Assembly (NCBI RefSeq): GCF_009914755.1
Contig: NC_060934.1
Length of the DNA: 64,000 nucleotides
Source: the human T2T-CHM13v2.0 reference genome, Homo sapiens
Reading direction: 5' to 3' (one strand)
This document shows, one piece after another, positions 53,564-64,000 of this stretch (positions are counted from its first letter, which is position 1; each line of letters begins with the position of its first letter). The notes below the pieces were generated by a model. The model did not search any database. It was given only the letters and a program-made list of their open reading frames with translations, and was not told where the DNA came from. A program made the position numbers and the translations under genes.

Positions 53564-55824
53564 TCTTTCTCTTGAGAAAATTGTGAGGATCAAGTAACTG
53601 ACTATGTTACTTGATCATATTTGAGGTGAACCCAGTGGGGTAAAACCGTAAACCCAACCCTCTTCTTCCTCCCACTGTACCTTCCAATCCAAGTTTGGGT
53701 CAGTTCTTGTTCTGTCCCGGCAGGCAGGTCTTATAGTTTCTGGTCCATTTTAGTTGCAAGAACCTCGTAGTTCAGTAGTTTAAACACCCAGTGCAGTGTA
53801 ATGATGCAGTTAGAGCTCTTGTTCCATTTAGAGCTTCTCCTTCTGTTAGTATCACTTAGACCTGGAAGCCTGAGGTAGAGTTGGGGAGCGGTGTCTGCTG
53901 CTTCCTTAGCCCCTCCCTGCCCCACTCCTACTCTCATTCTTGGTGCCTTCGGGGCAGGTAGGGGACAGGGGACGAGGAGAGTAAGTGGCTGGAATTGTCT
54001 TAATCTAGCAGTGACACTCTCTGGCTCTGCAGATGTCCATGCAGATGCTGTCCCATGGGGCTCTTTGGAGGGTTGTGAGATGCCCAATAAGCTGGGTCCA
54101 CCCCTACAGCAGCTCCTGCACATGCCAGGGAGCCTCTTCGATGCTCCCCTCCTTCCTTGGGCCTCTGAAGATCCATCCTTTTCTGCCTCCCTTTTTTCAC
54201 AGGCAGTCTTCCCAGACAAAGTCCAGTGCAAAGAGACCCACTGGCTCATGGCCACTCAAGCTTCATGTCACCCCATGTGGCTGGCCAGGAGCAGGTCTCT
54301 CCAATGCAGTTCCGCATCTTTTTGTACTTTGCGGCCTTGGACCTCAGCGCAGGATATCACCCTTACATCTCCCAGGCTTGCTTCACATACCCATTGCCTG
54401 TGCCACCCAAGCTTCAGAGGATACAGATAAATGTGTCCCCTTGAAACCCCTCTCAGGTGTTTAAGGTGGGCAAGATACAGCCCCTGAGCAATGGTCTCAG
54501 CATGCCAGCAGTGCTCTCCAAGGTCTGTCCTCCCAACTCTTTCTGCAGCCTCCATCTGGTTTATTACACACTCTGGAAGACAGCAGATCAGCGAACCATT
54601 ACAAAACTTGCTCTCAGACACCACCTTCCAAGTCCTGAATAGATGGTCTGGACTTTGAAATGGGGGATACTTGGTACTTCCCCACCGCCAAACGTCCTTT
54701 TTCATATACCGTGTGTCATGTCTAAAGCACATATAAACTGTGTCTGGCACATAAGTGCTCAGTTAATATTTGCCATGATTATTTCCCAAGGCCTGTTGGT
54801 ATCTCTTTGGACACTCTGTCTAAATTTTATTCTGCCTCAGTTTGTCAGGGTTCTGGACAAATTGTCCACAGGGAGGACTCAGGCCTCGGCTCAGATTGGG
54901 CAAGAACAAACCACACCCCTGCCATCAGCCAAGCTCCTTGCCTACCCTGAGTCCATAGCTGCCCTTTCCAGAGGAGACCTGAGGGTGCACCCACGTAAAG
55001 GGGGCAATTTCAATGCACAAAAGAAATACTACTATAGCTGTGAAAAGGTACTGCTAGGAAGGGCATAAAAGGGCCCCTGGCTGAATGCCAAGTATAAAAC
55101 AGAAACAGAGTCCTCAAGGACAAGTTGTCAGGAGCCACAAGAAGGGGGTCCTTCCAGAAGCTGTGGGAATCCAGGGCAGCGGGAAAAAGCCTTACAGGGT
55201 CAGGGGTAAGAGCTAGTGGGGAACCTTCATCAGCCTGGAGCAGGTCCATAAAGCTGGAATAAAAAGTGAGAAAAGAAATACCTTACAGGTGAGGCTTGCA
55301 CCTGAGGTTGCATGTCTGCAGGCTGATCATATAAAAGGTTTATTTCTTCATGTTGTACCTTTGAAGATGATCAGATTATGTTTGCTAACCATCGTGAGCT
55401 TCTTGGATGAAAAACGCAAGATGAACCTTGGATAAGTATCCACACACACAGCAATCAGCCAGCAGGTAGGATTCGGTCTCTGTGCTGAGTCATTTCCGTA
55501 TTACATTGAAATAAGTAATACAGTTCTCTTGGCAGCATTTTTGTTTTTAAAGTAAGTTGGGATGAAAGCTGGCGCCTAGGCTATTTATCCTCATCTGAAA
55601 TGTGTGCAAAACAACACTGAGAAAATACTCTTTGGTGTAGACGGGAGGAGTCCTTAATAAAGTATTTATTTGCACCTGATTTCTCCTTGTTTTTACTGGG
55701 TTCATTTAATTTGATAGATCATCTACGCCTCAGTATAATGCCATGGAAATCTAATAAAGATGCATAGTGCTGAGTGCATTTTCTGTACCGATTCAGCCAC
55801 TGTGGTTGGGATAACCATTGAGTT

Positions 55825-56200
55825 TGTCTTAGTCGGCTGAGACTGGCAGAACAAGACACACAGACCAGGCAGCTCCAACAGCAGACATTTATTTCTTGCC
55901 GTTCTGGAAGCTGGAAGTCCAAGATCAAGGTGCCAGAGCTGGTTTCTCCTGAGGGTTCTTTCTGTGGCTTGCAGAAGGCCGTCTTCTCGCTCTGGCCTCC
56001 CACAGCCTTCCTCTGTGTATGCACATGCCAGGCGTCTCTTCCCCTCCTGATAAGGACACCTGTCCTATTGGATTAGGGCCTACCCTTAGGCTCTCATTTA
56101 ATCTTAATTATCTTGTTAAAAGCCCTGTCTTCAAATACAGTTACATTGGGATTTAGGGCTTCAACATGTGAATCTTCAGGGGACACCATTCTTTGCAGGG
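55825..56200 (-). mobile_element. MLT1A0-like LTR
   Basis: TTCTGGAAGCTGGAAGTCCAAGATCAAGGTGCC...GGATTAGGGCCTACCCTT...GGGCTTCAACATGTGAAT. Confidence 0.85.
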
Positions 56201-56364
56201 CTGTTCACAAACGTTCCATTTCTTCTCCTGGGCATTTGGCAAGATTGCACCATCCCTGCTCTTTTTGGACTTGGTTGTGGATGACTTACTTTGTTCAATG
56301 TATGTGATGAAGAGACATGAAACTGACTAGGAAGAAGCTTTAAAATCCAGGGCACGAATCCCAT

Positions 56365-56719
56365 TGATAATGGTTTGGCTCTGTGTCCTCACCCAAATCT
56401 CATCTCAAATTGTAATTCCAAGGTGTGGAGGGAGGGAGGTGATTGGATCGTGGGACCACTTTCCCCCCATGCTGTTCTCGTGATAGTGAGTGACTTCTCA
56501 CAAGATCTGATGGTTTTATAAGGGGCTCTTCCACCTTCGTTTCCTCCTCTCTCTCACCTGCTGCCATGTGAGAGATGCCTGCATCCCCTTCTGTCATGAC
56601 TGTAAGTTTCCTGATGTCTTCCCAGCCATGCGGAACTGTGAGTCAATTAAACCTCTTTCATTTATAAATTACCAACTCTTGGGTATTTCTTTATAGCAGT
56701 GTGAGAACGGACTAATACA
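56365..56719 (+). mobile_element. THE1D/MSTA-like solo LTR
   Basis: TGATAATGGTTTGGCTCTGTGTCC...GTGTGAGAACGGACTAATACA. Confidence 0.88.
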
Positions 56720-56753
56720 CCCGCATTCTCTTCCCCTGAAAACAGTAGTACTA

Positions 56754-57079
56754 GGCCGGGTGCGGTGGCTCATGCCTGTAATCCCAGCACTTTGGGAGGG
56801 CGAGGTGGGTGGATCACCTGAGGTCAGGAATTTGAGACCAGCCTGGCCAACATGGTGAAATCCTGTCTCTACTAAAAATACAAAAATTAGCCAGGCATGG
56901 TGGCGCATGCCTGTAATCCCAGCTACTCGGGGGAGCTGAGGCAGGAGAATCGCTTGAACCTTGGAGGCAGAGCTTGCAGTGAGCCAAGATCGCGCTACTG
57001 CACTCTGACTGGGCTGGGCTGCAGAGTGAGACTCTGTCTCGAAATTAAAACAAACAAACAAACAAACAAACAAACAAAA
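56754..57079 (+). mobile_element. AluSx-like with (AAAC)n tail
   Basis: TSD AAAACAGTAGT at 56739 and 57080. Confidence 0.92.
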
Positions 57080-57218
57080 AAAACAGTAGTTCTGGAGGTA
57101 CACATAAATAAGATGAAATCTTCGGTGGAGCACTGCTGGCTGGTGCTGACCGTTTAATGTGAATGCAACATTTTAAATATGTATACATATATATGTACAT
57201 ATATACATATATGTATAG

Positions 57219-57548
<330 letters not shown>

Positions 57549-58791
57549 TACACACACACTTTTAAGAATGTTTAGCCATTGATATTTTGCGGTTGCTTTT
57601 TGCTTGTGCATAACCTAGCCCATCCTGACTTGCACAATGGTCAAGCATTCATTTGCTGTGACACGTGGATTGATAAAACCCAGCATTCACCTTTACATTC
57701 ACCCTTCCTCCTATGTCAAAATATAGTATACTATAGTAGTTATTTTGGCAAATAATTTTCTTGTGTTCCTTTTTAAGAGTGAGTCTGTTGATATCTACAA
57801 AATATGTTATTTAACCTGGCAATTCTCTAATACCAACTTTTCTCCTGGGCTGGACACCAGCCTTTCCAAATGGCTGATTGAACTCTTCCCATGAATGAGC
57901 TGCCAGCGCCGTAAGTCCAACAAGCTTGAGAACATACTTACTCTTCCCTTAGACCCCAGGACTTTCTCCTCATTGCCATTTTTCTAATGATCCTGCTTGC
58001 AGACTGCAGAGAAATTTTAGGTGTGTGTTGAGGGGAGGTATGTATAGTATGCCTTTTAAATCTCTCCACTTAAAAAAATCATTTTGGAAAATTTCAAACA
58101 TTTACAAAAGTCAACAGAATTTTATAATAAATCTCCTTGTACCCATCATCCGGCAATTAATGATCAAATCATAACCAGTCTTGTGGCTTTTTTTCCTATA
58201 TCTACCCCCCTTAGATCATTTTAAAGCTATAAATGCTTCAGTATTTATCTCTAAAAGATAAGCATTATTTTTTTGGCAAGATATAGCCACAATCCATCAT
58301 TCCTCTGAAAAGGAATTAACAGCAGACAATATTTCCAGGCAGTATTCCCCTTTCCCTAGTTGCCAATTGTCTTGATTTTTTTTTTTTTTTTACTGTAGTT
58401 GTCATTTGTATGAATCAACTTGAAATATGGTTCATACATTTCAATTACTCGTTATGTTTCTTCAGCCTCCTTTGGTCTATAGATGCTCTCTCCCTAGTCT
58501 CTCACTCTCTTTCTCCTCTTACCCTTACAATTAATTTGCTGAAGAAGCCAGTGTGCTTGTCCTGTAGGGTTTTCCACAGTCAGGATTTTATTGATTGCAT
58601 TTCTATGAAAGTTTGTTTAGCATATTCTGTGCTCCCCTACATTTACTATAAATTGATAGTTTGACATAGAGGCATGATATGCATTATTTGACAAATTACT
58701 GCATGATGACATATCCTTCCGTCAGGAGGCCCGTGACATGGGGCTGTGTTTTCCTGTGATATTAGCAACCGATGATGATTATTGTCCAGGT

Positions 58792-58976
58792 CAGTGGTTC
58801 TCAATCTTGAGCATGCTCCAGGAACACCGGAGGGCTTGATAAGACACAGATTGTTGAGCCCTAACCTGAGTTTCTGATTCAATAGGTCTGAATGAGGCTC
58901 AAGAATGTACATTTTTAACAAACTTTCAGGTGATGCTGATGCTGCTGGTTCAGGGACCAGACTTTGAGAACCACTA
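58792..58976. mobile_element. MER5A hAT MITE
   Basis: Terminal inverted repeats CAGTGGTTCTCAA and TTGAGAACCACTA. Confidence 0.88.
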
Positions 58977-59213
58977 GCCTGGATCTATGATTTTATTAGG
59001 GGTTGCAAAACAGTGATGCTGTATTCTACCCTTCCTTCTTAAGTCATTGGCTGGAATGCTTCTATAGGGAGAAATCTTCCAAATCCTCTGTTTGGTAGCC
59101 TTGAGGTCCAGTTTGTAGAAGAAGGGCCACCTCATGTTTGATTCTTTTCATTTATCCATTTTCAAAATAATGAGTTGGCTAATCAATATCCTCCACAGGT
59201 AGCCAGAGAAGTT

Positions 59214-59342
59214 TGTGTGTGTGTGTGTGCGTGTATGTGTGTGCACGCGTGTATGTATGTGTGTGCGTGTGTGTGCACATGTGTATGTGTGAGTGTGTGT
59301 GCGCACATATGTGTATGTGTGTGCACGTGTGTGTGTGTGTGT
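59214..59342. repeat. Alternating purine-pyrimidine (TG/CA/CG/TA) tract
   Basis: About 130 nt of near-unbroken RY alternation. Confidence 0.92.
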
Positions 59343-59648
59343 TTCTGCATGCCCCACTCCATTGCAGTTATTTTTAATGATGTTAAAGTTGTTCCATCTT
59401 TAGCCACAGGGAGTCTGGAGACATTTTTGAACCCACTTCTTCTTTGCCAGACACCTGGTCATTGGTTAGATGGCACATTCTTGGGTACCACTCTCATGTC
59501 TCTTGTCCACCATCCTCTCTACTTCAATTCATTTTACCTGTTAGTAGGTGTCATTAATATTTTTTGGTGATTTTCCCATCATGTCCTTACCTGCTCAATA
59601 AATTCTCGGTGACTCCCCAGATTAAATATAACCCTTTTCATTGCCATT

Positions 59649-60041
59649 TGATATGGTTTGGACCTGTGTCCCTACCAAAATCTCATGTTCAATTTTAATC
59701 CTAATGTTGGAGGTGGAGTCTAATGGGAGGCGATTGGATCATGGAGAAAAGTTTCTCATGAATGTTTTAACACCATCCCCATGGTGTTGTTCTCGTGATC
59801 GTGAGTGAGTTCTGGCAAGATCTGGTTGTTAAAAGTGTGTAACACCTCCCCCCTCCTCCTGCGCCTGCCATGTGAAACATTTCACTCCCCCTTGGTCTTC
59901 TGCTATGATTGGAAGCTTCCTGAGGTCTCCCCAGAAGAAGTCGCTATGCTTCTTGCACAGCTTGCAGAACTGTGAGCCAATTAAACCTCTTTTCTTTATA
60001 AATTACCCATTCTTTATAGCAGTGCGAAAACAGACTGATAC
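59649..60041 (+). mobile_element. MSTA/B-like solo LTR
   Basis: TGATATGGTTTGGACCTGTGTCCC...CAGACTGATAC; TSD CCATT on both sides. Confidence 0.88.
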
Positions 60042-60981
60042 CCATTCCAAACCTCCCTTTGTGTACCAACCTGCCACCTGCCTTCTAGCTTTATTTCTGA
60101 CCCTCTTCCTCCCACTCTGAAGTAACACAGTGAAGTTACACTTCTGTCTTTGTTTATTCTATTCTCCTTACATCAGATACCCTTGGCTGATGCTATCCTC
60201 TCTCCATCAATACTTTATTTATTCTATGGTTCATCATAAACACCTCTCCCATCTGAGTCTCTTCCTGAGCTCTTCTGTTATGAAGCCAAGCTGTTCTCCA
60301 GCATTTTCCTGCATTTTATATGTCTCTTTAGGGCACCATTTCTGTGCTTTGTGTTATAATCATGAGCATCCTTGTCGTTGGCTCTCTGCAGGACAACTCA
60401 TTTCTTGTTGTTGTTTTTTTTCACCCTTATTTCTTATGTGGCAACCCTGTTTTCCAACTCACAGATAAATGCAGTAAATCCGTATTTACCTCCTAAATAC
60501 AGATTTGTAGAATTATATTAACTATGAAGTATTAGCCATAATCTCAAATAATATCTGATTTATTAAAATAGACAGATTTAGAGATTCACATATCTAACCA
60601 TGTAGATATTTATATATATGTTACATCTATGAATTCTAAGGCACTAAACCTGCCCATGTTTTTCTGATTCATTCAGAAAAACATCAGAATTCTGCAGAGA
60701 GATAATTTACCAAACCATTATGCTCCCTATTCCCATTCAGTAAGCTAGGAGGACAAATGATTCTCTCCCTTTTCTACCTGTCCTTCCTCTCACTCCAGTC
60801 TACAGAGACACCACCTTCCTTAGCAAATACAGTGGCTCCATTGGTCTGACATGGTATAGACTGCTTGGTCTGGGTCTGTGTCATTCGAATGTGTGTGTGC
60901 TCTGACTGATCCACTAGGGTACAACTTGAAAATAAGGTTTTTGAAAATCAGCTTTCGGGAGTAATAGGTGAGAAAACTCAC

Positions 60982-61039
60982 CTACCTTGGCTGGGAGCAC
61001 CTTAGAGAGAGGGCTTCCCACACTTCACGGTCCTGTACC
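60982..61039 (-). ncRNA. Candidate internal exon (54 or 58 nt) of a minus-strand transcript, probably a lncRNA or UTR
   Basis: Acceptor CTGCTTTTTCCTTCTGGCTTTTCAG|G; tandem donors AAG|GTAGGT and TAG|GTGAGT. Confidence 0.5.
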
Positions 61040-61447
61040 CTGAAAAGCCAGAAGGAAAAAGCAGGTGAATAATTTGTGTGTCTGTTGCTATGACAACTAA
61101 CCCAGTCACTTCGGCAAGGATATGGACAATTATGCCAAGGAGGGGATTCTCAGCCACGAGCCCTCTGAGTCATGCTACCAAAGAGAATGCTCCAAATACC
61201 CGCTTGGCAACATGTAAAATGAAATCAAGTGCATCAGAATTTGCACCCTGTTTTAGGGAGACACTTGTAAGAGATGCCATAAATGACTTACTGATGAGCG
61301 CCAGCAGCCAGAATAAATTGCCATGGTGCATCATTTCACCACGTCCAAATAGGAACCATCTGGGAGGCTCCGAAGACTCCTAAGTCTTGCCTAAGATCAC
61401 ACTTGGGGAACTGCGGATAGTCGTACAGAAAAGGACCAATTTCTCAC

Positions 61448-61750
61448 CTTCTCACAATCCCAAGATCTCCAGGCAGCAGCCAACAGCTTATGGCGGTTGT
61501 TAAAAAGGAGCTTAATTTTAGGTGTCGAATAAATGTGAGGCTCCTTCTTATTCTCCATGTCGTGATAAGGTGGAGTCCTGAAAATACCTCTGCTTGTGAT
61601 TCTAGCTGTACTGTTACCTGAACTCTGAAAATGGTTATTGAAAGATTTGAGATTATTGGTAGAGTTCTCCTGAGAATCCAGTTGGGTTTGAAATGTGAGC
61701 CCTCTACTGAATATGGGTTCTTCGAGAGTAAAAAAGGCCAACATTTTGAT
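61448..61750 (-). ncRNA. Candidate upstream exon (5' boundary uncertain)
   Basis: Donor GAGAAG|GTGAGA at 61447, in unique sequence with retained CpGs; it would give a 408-nt intron to the 61040 acceptor. Confidence 0.3.
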
Positions 61751-61923
61751 CTTGTGAAGCAGGGTAGATTTGTTTTTCTCTCTTAGGTATGGAAAATGTT
61801 ATCTGTAGAAGGAACAAAAGTCAAACATATGATGTGTCAACGAATGACTTTCACTTTGATTTTGAAAACACCACCAAGAGTTTGGAATGGAAAGGTAAAA
61901 GTGTTTCTGAAAATGGTGTGCTT

Positions 61924-61960
61924 TGTGTGTGTGTGTGTGTGTGTATGTGTGTTTGCATGT

Positions 61961-62009
<49 letters not shown>
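61924..62009. repeat. (TG)n microsatellite
   Basis: Visible directly in the sequence. Confidence 0.95.
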
Positions 62010-62010
<1 letters not shown>

Positions 62011-64000
62011 CTAGTGGGGACAAGGGCAGAATTGGAGACTTTTAGGAGGCATAAAGTCCAAAGAAGTTTGAATTGTTATTTTCTTGGTTTCTTCCTGAGG
62101 TGCTAAATTTTAACACAGCACTACTTGCTCCTTAATTAATGATTAAGCAAATTCAATTCATGATTTAACTTAATTAAACAACTAATGAATTTGTGTATGC
62201 AGGAATCATTACTGTGGTGTCTGAGGCAGGCCTCTAGGGCATGGTTAGCTCAGCGCTGCACAACTTGGTAAACAGGACCCGGAGCCGTGCACAAGCATCC
62301 CTGCTTTAAACACCACACCTTTTATTTATGAAGATAACAGTTTGGGTACCTTTCCTAAGGAATGTATGTGCTGAAATGTACTCCCAATAGTGACCATCAG
62401 TTTTTTTTTTTTTTAAAGCTATTTAGGCCCATCCTAGAAATGCTCAAGACAACTCACTTTAGAAGGACAAAGCATAATCTTGTTATATTTTTAGATACTC
62501 TCATTTCACCTTGAAAGTACACTCACATCGCATACATCCAGCTTAAAGGCCTCTCTGTGAAATAGCAAATTTGAAATGAAATAGAGCTTTCATTACTTTT
62601 CAAGTGGAGGCCTCTACCTTGGGGTAACTAAATGCTTTTCTCTCTCCAGTGTGGAGGTGCTATTTTGGAACAAATGGAAGAAATAGAAGAAGAAAGGCAA
62701 CAGATATGCATGGAAACTTAAGATCTGTCCAGTGTGTTTGATCCGTTAGCTTATTTGAGATAGTTTCATTTTGATTTTCAAGGAGAAAACCTGGGCTTAG
62801 TGAGACGAAGCATCTTGCCCAAGGTCACTCAGCGTCCACGTAGCGTGGCTGGACTCGCTCCCCATGTCTGTCTGAAACTGTGCTACACTATCCATTTAAA
62901 CAGCATTCAGTATGTGCTTAATTGATAGCTTTGGGATCTAATGTACTTCACAACATCTTGTTTTCTAAGGTAGGCAAACATTTCCCTTGAAATCTCATGG
63001 ACACTATTAATTTACTTAGCAAATCATTTTCTCTCTGGCTAGTGCCAAGGAAAACTGCAGTGATCCCCTGTCTTAATGATCGCTCACTTCAAATTAGTGA
63101 AGTCCCATCTAACGAGGTTATGCCACAGATTATACAAAAGACATAGAGGCTTCATAACTGGGTTATTCTTGTAGTGCGGGCCTAGATTTAGAATAAAATG
63201 TTGATGAGAAAAAGCAAAGGGGTAGTGGCGATGTCTATTTGGGAAAAGAAAAGCTGTAAGTTGTACTCTTGTCTTTCTTTTTTAATTTGAGGGATATATT
63301 TAAAAGACTAAAATGGATACTTCATGTCATTTTCTGTATATCTATATTTTGGAGACTGAGTTGTCTCAATTTATTACTGTTTGCATTCTGTGTAGACAAG
63401 TCATAGATTTTCTGATTTGGTCTTCCTGCCAATTCTAGCCTTTCTGTACAAGAAACTAGCTCGGTGGGAGTAAATGGATTAAAATGAGCTAGTAGAGGTG
63501 TTTTAGCAAACTCCTGAGTCTATATTTATTGATTACTCCTGGACTCTTCTAAACTGTGCCTTTTCCCTAAACAGACTCAGGGCAAAAGCAATGTGAAATA
63601 CATTAGTCAACAGCTGCTGCATTCACAGAACACAGAATCTGGGAATTAGAGATCCTTTTAGGGTACGCAAATGGCAGAGGACGCATTTGTGTACAAAAAG
63701 TCCACAAATGCTGGCATCCTTAGCTCCTGGTAAGACCCTATTCACCAGCCTGGACGTTTCCCAAGAGGAGACGCTCCTGGACTTGAGCTTCCAAAAAGTG
63801 ACGTCGTAGGGGGTGGATTCAATCTCGCCATAAGAAGATAGGGCTGAGGTCAGAATGGAAATAGAGCAAAGTTCCTATTCCTTTTCTCTCCTCAATCTCT
63901 AAACTGCCTCCCAGGAGAAAAGGCAAATATTAGGTTCCCTGAAGTGACTTAATTCTCAGTCAAGATAAGCAAGAAATTCTAACGCACATTGATTTGTCCT

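Larger units (their letters stand above)
58075..59410 (-). mobile_element. Old L1MC-like 3' fragments, interrupted by MER5A and a (TG)n tract
   Basis: ATTTTGGAAAATTTCAAACATTTACAAAAGT and TTGCTGAAGAAGCCAG...TTGTCCTGTAGGGTTTTCCACAGTC motifs. Confidence 0.6.

Noticed and set aside
53731-55068. Cluster of 140-180-aa overlapping ORFs
   Set aside because: They occur in several frames on both strands of moderately GC-rich DNA, with no domain similarity or exon structure.

Overview
This is primate (human-like) non-coding genomic DNA, and no intact protein-coding gene can be supported. Almost all ORFs in the track are translations of Alu, L1, LTR or simple-repeat sequence. The window opens inside a minus-strand HERV-H provirus: the 5' LTR7 (1219-1669, resembling the pluripotency-associated LTR7up type), a tRNA-His primer-binding site, the major splice donor, leader tandem repeats and a broken gag start. 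The rest is dense with Alus, truncated L1s, solo LTRs, DNA-transposon fossils and long microsatellites. The signals that repeats do not explain are: a pair of minus-strand candidate exons near 61 kb, a CpG-rich promoter-like patch at 14 kb, a strong CTCF-like motif beside an 88-bp tandem duplication at 44.6 kb, and a ~195-bp dispersed duplication that keeps a splice donor in both copies. Inside repeats, the notable items are a twin-primed L1 missing exactly its G-rich tract, an Alu with fold-back hairpins and a 23-bp E-box minisatellite. I found no convincing new multi-gene system. Repeat subfamily names come from recalled consensus sequences and need RepeatMasker/Dfam confirmation.
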